64,000 nucleotides of DNA, taken from the NCBI RefSeq assembly GCF_009914755.1, contig NC_060929.1; one strand, written 5' to 3'. This DNA is from the human T2T-CHM13v2.0 reference genome, Homo sapiens. The position numbers and the translations under genes are program-made. The notes under the pieces were generated by a model. It had not been told where the DNA came from. It was given only the letters and a program-made list of their open reading frames with translations, and ran no database searches. Positions 47,331 through 59,957 of the stretch are shown here, in pieces (position 1 is the stretch's first letter; each line of letters opens with the position of its first letter).

Positions 47331-48218
47331 CTGACAGTCAATTAATGTTTACCCAGTGCTCCCTACAGGGCCTACTAAGTGGGTAGCATGCCCACCACCA
47401 CCTCCAACTGATTAGACCTGGCCTGCAGCTAGTTCATCTTTTGGCTTGAATGTGACCAAGCAGTTTCTCCTGCTCGGGCATTTGTCTTACTAGATAAGGT
47501 CAATGACTGTACCTGGTCATATAGTATGCTTAATTAAATGGTTATGTAGGCATGACGTCAGTTCTGGTGTCATGGCAAGCCAGGACCACAAGCAAGTGGG
47601 CAGCAGAAGCACTATAGACTTGCTGAGTCTGTGGATAGGAAAATGGAACTGACATGCTGAGAAAGGCAGAAATGAAGGACCATGTGATCACAGTAAACAT
47701 TAGAGTGAGACAGAGCCATTAATAGATCCATGAGAAGAAGATCATATCTGGGAGAAGGGTGTGAGATTATACAGTCAGGCCAAAGGTAGCAGAGACATCA
47801 GCCAGATGGGGACTTGGTTTCATCCATTGGCTCTGACAGTTACTTCTGACTTCAGAAAGAGTGCTTCTCAGGTAACCTGATGTCAGAATCTAGACACTAT
47901 CATTAGGAGTCTGAGTCTACATGGAGTGTCTATGAAATAAGGCAAATAAAGTATAATGTATACTGATGATTTCCTATTGACTAAGGTGATGGGGAATGGC
48001 TGCAAGGATGAGGAAATTCAAAGCACATTCAAATGGGCCACCTCTCTCTAATTATGTTATGATGGGCTGGCTTTCCCTTTCTTCCACTCAAGTCCTCGTA
48101 TTTTGAGGAATGATTTGAGCTCTCCATTCTTCTGAGATGTGTTGCTTTCTCTTTTATCAATGATCACAGCTAATGCTGGTAATGTTCCATTGACTTAATC
48201 TACTTAAAACTCAGCAAG

Positions 48219-48322
48219 GGCTGGGTGTAATGGCTTACTTGAGGCCAGGAGTTCAAGACCAGCCTGGGCAACATAGTGAGATTTCATCTCTAATTTAAAA
48301 ACAAAAAACAAAAACAATCCAA
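48219..48322 (+). mobile_element. Free left Alu monomer (FLAM-like) with internal deletion
   Basis: GGCTGGGTGTAATGGCTTAC|TTGAGGCCAGGAGTTCAAGACCAGCCTGGGCAACATAGTGAG plus A-tail; perfect TSD TAAAACTCAGCAAG (48205-48218, 48323-48336). Confidence 0.88.
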
Positions 48323-49984
48323 TAAAACTCAGCAAGTCCTCACTTTAGTCTAAGTAGTGTTCATACATTGAAATACTGGACACAGGACCTCAGAAAACTT
48401 CACTTTTTTAAAGAAAATAGTGTAGCATGAGGCTGTGAAAAGCTGGAGTGAAGTAAGCTAGGTTTTGCATTGTGATTTTCTTACCCTTGGGATCTTCAGA
48501 CTATGGTTCTGGAGGGTGCTTAATGTAGGCTATGGTGGTGTATCTAGTAGAACAAATGCCTAAAATATAACAAGAATTTCCTTGTTGATGGGATAGCTGT
48601 TGATGCCTTATCCACAGCTGTCCTTGGATTCTCTTTTTTTCTGGTGATACAGAAGAGCAGGAAGAAAGGGTGTAACAAGTAATCCATGGGAGCAGCAGGT
48701 ATCTTTAAGGGGGTCCAAAAGCTGCTTGAGATCCACTGCCTGTTGTCATATCACGTCCACCCTTCAAAGGATCCAAGGCCTAAAATCTTTGAGAAAAACA
48801 GTTCTTGACTTTAGAGCAACAGTAGAAATCTTTACTTCTTTTCCAATACCGTTTAGAAGAAGAAATTAGAAAAGGGGGAAAAAAATCAAGCAATGAGCAA
48901 TGACCAAAGGAAGGAAAACAACAACAACAAAAGAAAGTCCTCTGAGGAAGATCAGAGTTGAGTTTTATATGTTTATTACTGGCTGAGATATAATGGCACT
49001 TGAAACCACAGAGCTGCTTTCCCTAGTTGATATATTAGCCGAGTACCTGAAGTCTGACTGCCCTTTGCTTACCACCAGGGTGCACCAGTGTACACAGTAT
49101 TCCAAACTTCTAACTCATCAGGGTTTGTTAGCCTTTAATAACTGGGCTAGTCAAAAGTTACTCACTTTTGAAAAAGACCATTTGGAGGGAATTGAACCTG
49201 TAAGATACTGTTTATCAAGCCACAATTCTGAAATCCTCTGGATTTTAAAAATTACATCTACAGTCTGCTTTGCTACAACAAGTATTTTAAAATGAAAGTT
49301 AACTCACATGCATTGGTAATCAGGGGAATTATGTAGCACAACAGGGCAGACAAATTGAACCAAACATGATTTTTCCCAGTATGTCCATCATTTGACATGA
49401 TCAAGGGTAAGTTTCCTCACAGTTAAATAAAATAAAACTGTAATGACATTTGCAGATCTTAAAAAAAAAAAAGTTGAAAAATCTCAAAATGTCTTCTGTT
49501 TAGTCCAAGATAGCAGCTGGTTAATGGCCTTAAGAACTGCTATGCTGTCCACTGTGCTAAACTATCTGAGGGTAGCGTAAGTGAAGATTAGAACCTGGAA
49601 AGACATTTCCCTGTGTTAAAACAAAATGACAACAACAACAAAATACATTCCTGAATCATATTTTTATTTTGGATGTAACTGGCTTGTATTAAAGCAACTG
49701 TTTTTAAAGCCCTCCATTTCCAAGAAGAAAGCTTTAGACACCGGAGGGTAAACTGATTCAGGTTCTAGGGCGAAGGCAAGTGGAGATTTAACTCTGCTAG
49801 TGTTCGCTTTAGGATTGTTACTGCTTTTGTTAGTGCCCTGGCCAAAAAGTGCTGTAGGTTTTGAGGGATCTGTTTCTCACACTGTTTTTCTCCATGAACC
49901 CTATTATGTTTAATGCATGATTTTGAAAAATGTGAGAATGCACGTATATATAGTGATATGGCAGAAACACCTGTGCCGAGAATT

Positions 49985-50160
49985 TTTCTTAAACATTTGC
50001 TTAACCCTTACTAAATGCCAGATGTTTTTCAAAATATTTTATATACATTAACCTATTTAATCCTCAGAACAATTTAATGAGGTTGGTTCATTACTGTCTT
50101 CTTTTTTACAAATGGACAAAATAAGGCAAGGGAGAATAAATGAACAGCAAAAGGATGAAT
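49985..50160 (-). mobile_element. MIR fragment
   Basis: TTTAATCCTCAGAACAATTTAATGAGGT...TTTTACAAATGGACAAAATAAGGC. Confidence 0.7.
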
Positions 50161-51261
50161 GTTTTAAAAGAATGTGAATCTGGATGGGTAGGAGGAGGAG
50201 GTCCTATTCTTTAAGTTATGCCCATGGGAGGGCTCTCTTAAATGGTGAGTTTGCTGGGAAATAAGGTTTCATTAGAATGAGGCTATGTAGAAGGTAGCAT
50301 ACAACCTCATTTGATGAAAACTGGTTTTTAAGCTTTGCCACATGTGTTTAAATGCACAAGCCATTTCGTTTTTAACTCAGTGAGGCACATATTCCTCTTT
50401 CCAAACTTTTCATCAAGTTGTCAGTAGATATTCCATATGAAGTAATGCTATGTGTGATGAACTACAGTGATTGCACAAATTCATATCTCTAAAACTGGTT
50501 ATTATGGTAACTTAGAGTTTATTAACTGCATCTCCCTTTCCTCCCTCCCTTTCTTCCTTCCTTTTTAACTCCTAAGTTAGATTACCTACTGAGATTGGCT
50601 AAGTACAAAGTCAGGCCAGACATGGAATATGGAGACCCTATAAATCTCTGGTATATAAGCTTCTAAAAGGCTCACTTGATTACTTCTTTACATGAGAAAT
50701 TGCTGCTTATAAAGAAATTCTTTTAGAAATTGATTTAATGTGAGTAAATAAAATTTCAATGGTAAATAAGCATTGTGTGTGAGCTGTCTATGGTACAAGC
50801 TTCAGACACCAGCAAGCAGAATGTGGTAGGTCATATTATCCTCAGCTGCCTTTCTGTGAATCTGAAGATTATTGAAAACGATTCTTGTTTCCATAATGAG
50901 TTCATAATGCAACAAAGAATGACAAGAGTTTACCATATCACTCTGATTGTATTCTGGGACTCTGGAAAGAGAAAATTCCATCATTGAATTACCATTTTAT
51001 TTGACATTTCATAATGAAATGAGAATGCATAAAAATAGGAAAATAATGCATGTAAATTGATAAAGAAAGAAAAGTATGACATTGTATTTTACAATTCCCC
51101 CTTCCATTCTTTGTAACAAAATGCTTTTTTGATTTATTTTTAAATTTTCCATTTGGTGCCAAGTACCTGAGTGTTAGTTATACTGCCAAGAACCTGAGGG
51201 TTAGCTACACTCTTCTTTTGAGAACAAATTTGGACTTTAAGGCATCCCAGTAGTTACAGAT

Positions 51262-51806
51262 TAGTGTTTAGCAAAATGTAGGCTAAGAATTATGTCTATC
51301 AGAATCACCTGAAGTGCTTGTTAAAAAACATAAATTCTTAAACCACAGTCCTATTTACTAAACTACAATATTTGGATGTGGGGGTCTAGATCTGAACTGT
51401 TTTTTTTTGTTGTTGTTGTTGTTTTAAACGGAGTCTCACTCTGTCACCCAGGCTGGAATGCAATAGCGTGATCTCAGCTCACTGCAACTTCTGCCTTCCA
51501 CCTCCCAAGTTCAAGCAATTCTCTTGCCTCAGCCTCCCAAGTAGCTGGGACTACAGGCACATGCTACCATGCCCGGCTAATTTTTTGTATTTTTAGTAGA
51601 GCTGGGGTTTCACCGTGTTAGCCAGGATGGTCTTGATCTCCTGACCTTGTGATTTGCCTGCCTCGGCCTCCCAAAGTAATCCTCACGCCTGGGATTACAG
51701 GCGTGAGCCACTAGGCTCGGCCTACCTCAACATTTTTTACAAGGTTCTTATGGCTTTTACACACACTAAAATTTTGTGTGTGTAAAATTTGGGTTTAAAT
51801 CACTGA
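51262..51806. mobile_element. MER5-like hAT-Charlie MITE interrupted by Alu
   Basis: ATCAGAATCACCTGAAGTGCTTGTTAAAAAACATAAATTC left part; ...ACACTAAAATTT...AATCACTG right end. Confidence 0.6.
51400..51722 (-). mobile_element. Alu (AluSc/Y-like) with small templated insertions
   Basis: CACCGTGTTAGCCAGGATGGTCTTGATCTCCTGACCTTGTGAT; T-rich tail at left. Confidence 0.93.
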
Positions 51807-52549
51807 TTTAGAAAATCCAGAGAATTTACAATAGGTATAGTTGTTGCAGCCAGGCAAAAAAAGCCATTGATTGATTAATTACTATAGATCCCAAGTTTTT
51901 TTCTGATTAGACAGGCTTTGTTTCTTTTTTTTTTTTTCTTTTAATTTGCAGTTTATTGAGTTTTATGTTTAGCCTTAAAAGGTCTTATCTTTTCCAAGAT
52001 TATAAATAATACTCTTATATTGTTACATTTAAAGTTTTGATTCCCTTGTAAGTTATTTTTGTGAAAAGAGTAAAGGAAACATCCAGTTATATTTATTTTT
52101 CAAATGGCTGACCATTATCCCATCTCCATTTATTAATACAAATTAAGAGAATCAAATAATCTACTTAGTCATTTGAAGACTGAGGACCAAGTCAACAAAT
52201 AAAAATCCAGTTGTGCAACCAATCTCAGAGGTCTTGTTTGACTGAAAAATGATATTGTAAACAGCCTATACCCAAAGTTTGTCAGGATAGTCAAATTAAT
52301 TTATGAGTGCAGAAAGAGCCTTAGATCAATCACTACCATCAAGATTGTAGAAATGTTTAGGTTTATCCTAAAATCTTTAGTTGCAGAAGAGGAAACCTCC
52401 AAATTAAATATTGATACATGCAGGACCATGCTAAGTGTAAGAGACCCTTTTCAGTAGTTGTTTGACTTCTAAGCAGACTTTTGACATTGCTGAATACTCC
52501 TTTTCGAAACAGTCTCTTCTGTTGGTTTCTGTGATTTAACATTGTGTAC

Positions 52550-52870
52550 GTGAAGGTGGCTGCACTTGGTGGCTTAACATAATTAAAGTTAATTTCTCAC
52601 TCATGTTAAGTCCAATAGTGTTTTTCCCCAGGGGATGGGGAAGTTTTCTGGCTTCTTTTGGAGGCTGACATGAACTGACTAGATGGAGAAGAGAGAAATT
52701 GTTATGGGAAGATCTTACGTATCAGCTTTGAGAGTGGCGTTTATCACTATTGCTCTCATTCCATTAGTTAGGATTCAATCGTATAGCAATACCTAACTGC
52801 CTGGGAGGCTGGGAAATACAGCCTAGAAAGAAAAGTAAGCACGTTGGTGCTCAGTGAACAATCTCTGCTA
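52550..52870 (-). mobile_element. MLT1J/K-like MaLR LTR fragment
   Basis: GTGGCTTAACATAATTAAAGTTAATTTCTCACTCATG; CCTAACTGCCTGGGAGGCTGGGAAAT. Confidence 0.55.
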
Positions 52871-52879
52871 GACAACTTC

Positions 52880-54027
52880 ACCTTGTTTTCTTTCTCCCTC
52901 TTTTATGCTCTTTCTCAGATGCATCTGTGACTTTTTTTCACTACCTAACCCTGAAACATGGATTTTCCTCATGGCTCTGTCCTAAATCTCCAATCCTTTT
53001 GGTCTTCAAACTTTCCCTGGGCAATCTCGTTCTTTCACCTGACTTTAATGTGCATCTGTAGCCCCAGGAGCCCCCAAAGCAAAGTCCAGTTGCTACTGAA
53101 TTTTTATCCGCCAGTGGCTCAAAGGTATGTCAACCTCAAATGTGCAAAAGTGAACTCTTCAGCATCCTGATTCTTTTCTCCTTCCAGCCTTTTTGGACAC
53201 AGTAAATGGCAACGATCTGTTTCAAACTGCCCAAATCAGAGACCCAGGAGTGCTCCCTGACTCCTCCTACCTTTCCCTTCATCATTGAATTAGTCATTAA
53301 GGTCTGATGATTCTAGTTGCTAAATATCTCTTAAATATAACCATTACTCCATGTCCATTTCTGCTATCCTAGTAAAGTCCATCATCCCTTCCCTCTTTTC
53401 CTGGTTACTGCCCAAAGTCTTGCTCCCCCTCAATCTACTCTTTATATTGCCACCAAAGTCATTTTTATAAAATTAAATTATTTATTTCTCTGCTTTAACT
53501 CTTTCAATGAGTTTTCTGTGCCATCACAATAAAGTCCAAGCTCTCGAATATGATTTATAGTGTCCTCCATGATTTGGTCCTTCTATCCCCTTTCTTGACC
53601 TTCAATTCCTCCCCTCTTACTATTTTTCTTTAACATACTGTTTTCTCAAGCATAACATTTTTTTCTCTGGACCTCTGCTCATGTTGTCCCCTTTACTTAG
53701 ATCTGTTTCCCTGACCCATTTGAAAGTCTAAATACTATTCATTTTTGGGGTTTTAACTTAAACATCACTTCCTTTTGGAAACCTACAAGAATTCCTTAGT
53801 TCATACTGATTCATATTAGAAACCTGTAAGGATTCCTTAGTTCATATTAGAAGCCCTGCTTATTCTTCTGTGACACTTTGCAATTTATTGTGTTTTCTTG
53901 TTTAAAATGTTTATTTACCCTCACTCTTCTGCACTCTCCAAGAAAGCAGGAGTTGAATCAGTTATGTTTACTGCTTTATCTCCAAGATTCTTACTGGGTA
54001 TGCAGAAGTTTGCTGGTGAATGAATAA
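52880..54027 (+). mobile_element. L2 LINE fragment including 3' end
   Basis: CTCAAATGTGCAAAAGTGAACTC, CCCAAATCAGAGACCCAGGAG; terminal GGTGAATGAATAAA. Confidence 0.75.
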
Positions 54028-54621
54028 AGTTATTAAGTGAGAAACTCAGCCAGCTACTATCATATTTCTGCAAGTTCTGTGAAACAAATTGTTGCTTATG
54101 TGGTCCAGTTAAGTGATCTGTGAAACCGTTTTCCAGAAGTCCAACTTCTGATGGCATCTTCACGTAGCACCTCCAATCACTTTCTTTGACGAGAAGAATA
54201 GGATTGCTTTTTGTTTGCACACACTTTTTTGTTTCCATTACTATCAACTCCCTCAACAAACCCAGGCAAAGCTAAGGAGCGATTTCTATAACACTTCCCA
54301 GAGGAACACAGTAACGGAAATCAGAGAGACATCTATGCATTGTTTTTTTCTTTTATCTCCATTAACCTTTTGTGAACCGCAAATTACTTGAGAACAGCTG
54401 GGCAAGAGGGAAGAGAGAGCTATTTTGTTTAAAAAAAGATGTGTGAACATAATGACTAATTTGATGCTTTCAGGTTTTATCATCTACAAAGTTACAGTAA
54501 TTTTCTTAACTTACAATTGACTAGTATAATATTAATCAGGAGACATATTGAGTATGTACATACAGTGAGAAAGGACAACTCTAAAAATGCCAACTGACTT
54601 TGGAAAACTTAAATGGAAAAA

Positions 54622-55045
54622 ATGTGTAACTGAGGTGGAAGCTGGCTATTGCCACACCGATCTTCCTTCCAGCATTGAAAAATTTATTCCCCTGGTTATG
54701 GAGTGCTCTCTGTTATATTTCATGATTGCTTGGCTGAAGAGAGCTAACCACCCCCAAGGTTACTTCCTTTTCTCAGGTCAGGTTGCTCTACTGACTAGGT
54801 TGCCTTGAGCATGTAACAGCCTGGGCCTCTTGACCCAGCTTGAGGCAACTCTTAAAGATTATCCGTTAAATGTGGAGCTTCCCACGTGGTTGGCTGGGGT
54901 CTCCATTTGAACACACCACAGCCCACGTTCTCCCTCTGTCCGATAGTGCTTCCTTCTCCCTTCCCACAGGTATCGGTCGTGGGAACACTCCCTAATGAAC
55001 TTCCCATATGCTAATCTCCATGTGCTGTCTCAGATTCTGTGACAC
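54622..55045 (+). mobile_element. LTR16-like ERVL solo LTR
   Basis: CCTTCTCCCTTCCCACAGGT...CACTCCCTAATGAACTTCCCATATGCTAATCTCC...CTCAGATTCTG. Confidence 0.6.
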
Positions 55046-57919
55046 ACACCTTCTATACTAGGCTGCAAATTTAGTCTCAGATAGGATTTTTTTTTACTCT
55101 GTTATCCACTAACTTCTGGATGGTAAAATTGGAAGAGGAGATATGGTTTGTGCAGCAAGAGGGGCAAGGGAGTAAGATTGGGTTTGAGGATGGAAGTAGG
55201 AACTGAAACACAAGGCAGAGGATAGATGGACTCCTAGAAACTTTAGCTTAAGTTAGGTAGAATTATTTAAACTTCCTAGGTAATTTGTAGGTTTTTGCTA
55301 TGAGAAGAAATCTTTTCTGCTTCTGACCAGTAAAGAGCTCTGTGACTCTTCCCGCAAGTTTGCTTTTTATATTTTGTCTTATACTGCTAGTTTATTGTTT
55401 TTTTTAAAGTAGCTTATAACTCAAGATTTTTTAGAGTAGAATCTAGATCTTATGCCTCACAATTTCCACAGTTTCTACCTCAGTACCTTGAATGTCCAAA
55501 TAGTATAATATAGATAAATTGTTATCAGATAAAGTTTCTTAAAAATAGATATCTACCTAGCTGTGCCTTATTCAATCTAGAACTGAATTTAACTTACTCC
55601 TCAGCCTGGCCCTTCCACATTATAACTTTTTTTTATCCCACCTGATTTTAAGATGCTATCAAAACCACTTTTCAAGCTTGGTTAAATAAAATAGCTTTTT
55701 TTTTTTTTTATCATCAATACTTCTTTATTTACTGTAATGACTAAATGTAACAATTCCATTATCATATAGAAAGTGACTCCACCTAAAGTTGAGAACCTAG
55801 TATGCTCCACGGGCTATGCAGAATACTCTACCTGCAATCTTGAAATACTCTCTGGAGTTTGAAGAAATATGTGCCCAGTGTCTTTTTTTTCTGTTTATTA
55901 TATTTTATTGTGTTGAATTCTTGTAGGAACCAATTAGACAGATTAGATTAATCTTTCTTAATAAGAATGATTAACAAAAACTCATGCCTTACACTTGCCA
56001 TGGAACAGGAAGTCAAGTTCATTGTAGAGTCAGTTTTTAGGTCCTGAGCATTCAGTGATGAGACCAGGTCTTGTGGGAGATGGCCGTTCATGCCCGCCTC
56101 CTGAATCTTATGTGACATTTTAATTTGCATGACCTGTTTTCATTGCTGTTGGAATTGCTTTTAGTTTGTCAATGAAAGAGTGAGTTAGTTTGTCAGTCAC
56201 TCAAAGGAAGGAAAGCAGCACAGGAGACCAAGAACCACATCAAGCTAGGAAAGAATAACATAATTAAACACACATGAGTGACCTGGAGAGACTAGAGAAG
56301 GGTGTTGTAAATCTTCAAGTAAAAGAATAGATTGTAAGTATGAGCAAGTTTCTCATACTGTGAAGTACAGGAAACTGGCAAAAACTTAGATTAGAAACTT
56401 GTCTCATTTCAGCCTTTATTGAATCCCATTATATGTATTCCTTTCACTGTGCTACCCTCCCTGCCCTCGAAGAGGCAACAGTGGGGATAATGATGAATAC
56501 AAATATGACATCACTACCCTAATGCACTTGCTGGCAGAGGAGGGGACAGAGGAGGACCAATACAATTCTGGAAACAGGAACTTGTGTCTGGGGGAAGTTG
56601 AGCTTTCAGTCTCGGTTCTTAAAAGGTTATTTCAGGATATTTCTTAGGAAAAAAATAGGCCCAAATGTTGCTGTTATTGAGTTATCTTTTCCAAATAATC
56701 TGCTTAAGAAAATTTTCACGTTTAAGTAGGAGCTTGCCCGAAGGAAATAAAACGTTATCCTCCTATTGATGGCAGGTTTACCAAAACCATATTCTGTGAG
56801 CACAACTTTACCCACAAAAGAGGTCAGTCATACCTATATTCCAGTGAAAATGAAATTCCTGTTTCCTGCATTTACTTGTATAACGTGGTGAAAATCACTC
56901 CACACTTCTCTCCCTTGTATTTTTACCTGTAGCAAGTCCCTGTGGATCTGAGATGTTTCTACAGCATCTCAGAGGAAGCAAGAGGAGAAAAGGAGGAGAG
57001 AAGGGGTGTGGCTGTGAAGTCAATGGCTTCAAGATGCCAGAATCTCAGACCAGACACAGGGGCACACCTATGGAATGTGTATAGGTTTATTTTCTGTTAT
57101 CTGCCCTTTCTATTAAAAAAATCTTTGAAAAGTAAAGTAGACGGTGACTGTTAGCAGATTGTCCCCCTTTTTTTGAGACCTTACCTTACAAATAATTATT
57201 TTCTGTGAATATGAGTCAGTACAGGACAGAGAGCAGAGCCCTTGGATGCACACAGACTCGATTTGGATCCAGCTCGGCCCCTTAGTAGTTGTTATGATAG
57301 AAATTTATTATTCAACACCAATTAATTTAGTACCTGTAAATAGCCAAGTCTCGGGTTCCTAAGTTCTGTGTATACAAAGGAAGCAATAGCAGAAGAACTA
57401 TATTTATTTATAGTCTGAATTGTTTTTGTAAATGTGGATAGATCTCGTTGGGCTTTGATTTGTTTGGTAGGCAGAGAGAATATATTTTTCAGCTGAGGGA
57501 AATCAAATTGTTTTAGAATTTAAATATCAGTGATTTAAGTCACTGTTCCCTCTTCCTGTATAATTTTTTTTTTCTGAAATGCAATAGGTCATCTAACCAG
57601 TAGATCATACAAAATCCTGTGATGATATTTTTTAAAACACTTTTCAGGAAGCTTATAAAATATGTAACTGGATTACTCAAGTGAAAGTAAGCTGTCAGAA
57701 GATGTGGAAGTGAGTCAGGCTGGAAGTAGAGGTAAGAGACGAAAATCACTATAGCAGCAGACTAGGGCAAGAGTCATTAATGCAGCCAACCACTATATTT
57801 AATTCTGATCTTCATCATAGACAAGGCCAAAAAACCAAAGGCAGTGAGATATGAAATAAATCTATTGGGGAAAACGTTCTCTTTCCTACTATTAAATCTT
57901 ATAAGAAACTTATATACGC

Positions 57920-58400
57920 TTACATGAGACAGAGAGATGTTAAATTTGCTGCATATAACAGGAAAACCCCAAATAAAAATGATTTAAACAAAGTAGCAGC
58001 TATTTATTTCATGGGATATAGGGAAACCCAGTGTGCCTCAGGAGTCTTCGTGGTGTCATCACAGACCCAGGCTCCTATTTTCGGATCCATCGTCTTCAAG
58101 ATTTGTGGCTTTCATCCTCACAGTATCCAGCAGTCCAAGATGGCTGCTGAACTCTGACCATCACATCTGAGTTTCAGGTGGTCAGCAAGAAGAAGGAAAC
58201 TCCAAAAGTTATTTGTCCCTTCCCATTTAACAAAATTTTCCAGGAGTTGTATGCAACACTTATGCTTCTATTTTATTAGTTAGAATTTAGTCATGTGGCC
58301 ACATCATGTAAGGGTATAGGCTTGGCTGGGAAAAGTAGTCTTTTTCTGGATAGTAATGTGTAACAGTAAAAATACTTCATAAGCAACTGATAGTCACTGT
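57920..58400 (-). mobile_element. MLT1J-like MaLR LTR
   Basis: GCTGCATATAACAGGAAAACCC; CCAAGATGGCTGCTG; TTAGTCATGTGGCCAC; GGCTGGGAAAAGTAGTC. Confidence 0.65.
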
Positions 58401-58946
58401 CACAGACAGGGAATAACAAAATGGATGATGTCTTTAATGATAGTTTTACAGAAAATTCAAATATGGTATTTATAGAAATGCGTTACCAGTGGCAAGAGAA
58501 CAGAGTCCTGAGGCCACAAAATATTGGTGCATCTGTACTATTTTACTTAGCTCAGGTCTTGGGCATTTCTTCAGGAGAAGTAAATGCTGAAGCTCCAGAG
58601 AAATAATTACATATTTAACATGTTGGCTCTAGTTCACTTCCCTAGGGACCAACCAGCTTTTAAAACATGAAGTTCTAATAAGGAAAACATAAATCCAGTT
58701 CTTACCCATGAGATGTAATTGATGCATAGTCTTATATTCTTTTGGCCTTCTAACAGGCAATAGCTACACAAAACTTTTACCCGTGGTTTCTGTAATAATT
58801 TAATTGTGGAGAAAGTGCTTTGTCCAAAGCAAACAGGTAATCCAGATGTCAGGAGTTCCCCCTAACCCTTTAGGTCTAATGAAGATTGATTTGAGCCCCG
58901 TTGTCTGGACTGTGGAAGACCAGAGCCCTTTCCAAGATTACCATGA

Positions 58947-59316
<370 letters not shown>

Positions 59317-59650
59317 CAAGTTGTCTGTTTTTATAGATTAACTTGCTCATGTTGTTCTTCTTGCATACTGTGTGGAGGCTGAGGTAAGACCTGGATATTT
59401 TTCTTATTTTCCATACACATAAAAATGCAAATCAAAAGAAAATCTATAACAAAACCAGAAAACTCCCATACAAGGTAATTTGTGGGTCAAGGACTTTCCT
59501 GAAATATATCAGAGTAGAAAAGTACATCACATGTACACGGACAATTTTAAACAGTAGACATATTTTGGATAAAATGTCCTTTAGCCACCACGCCATTGGA
59601 GACATTTTCTTGGCAGCTTTATTCTCATTTCTGCTTTTGCTAATCCCTTC

Positions 59651-59957
59651 TTATATGGTTTGGCTGTGTCCCCATCCACATCTCATCTTGTAGTTTCCAT
59701 AAAATCCCCACGTGTCGTGAGAGGGACCCTGTGGGAAGTAATTGGATCATGAGGGCAGTTACCCCAATGCTGCTGTTCTTCTGATCGTGAGTTCTCACGA
59801 GATCTGATGTTTTTATAAGGGGCTTCCCCACATCCACCTCGTTCGGCACTTCTTGCTGCCGCCTGTGATGAAGGACGTGTTCGCTTCCCCTTCCACCGTG
59901 ATTGTAAGTTTTATGAGTCCTCCCCAGCCATGCTGAACTGTGAGTCAATTAAACCTT
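59651..59957 (+). mobile_element. THE1 MaLR LTR, 3'-truncated
   Basis: ATATGGTTTGGCTGTGTCCCC...GAACTGTGAGTCAATTAAACCT, then similarity stops. Confidence 0.88.

Noticed and set aside
47553-47560. Full CRE palindrome TGACGTCA (also 25796-25803) and TGACGTGG at 42772-42779
   Set aside because: Isolated 8-mers, at least one inside a repeat, with no supporting promoter features.
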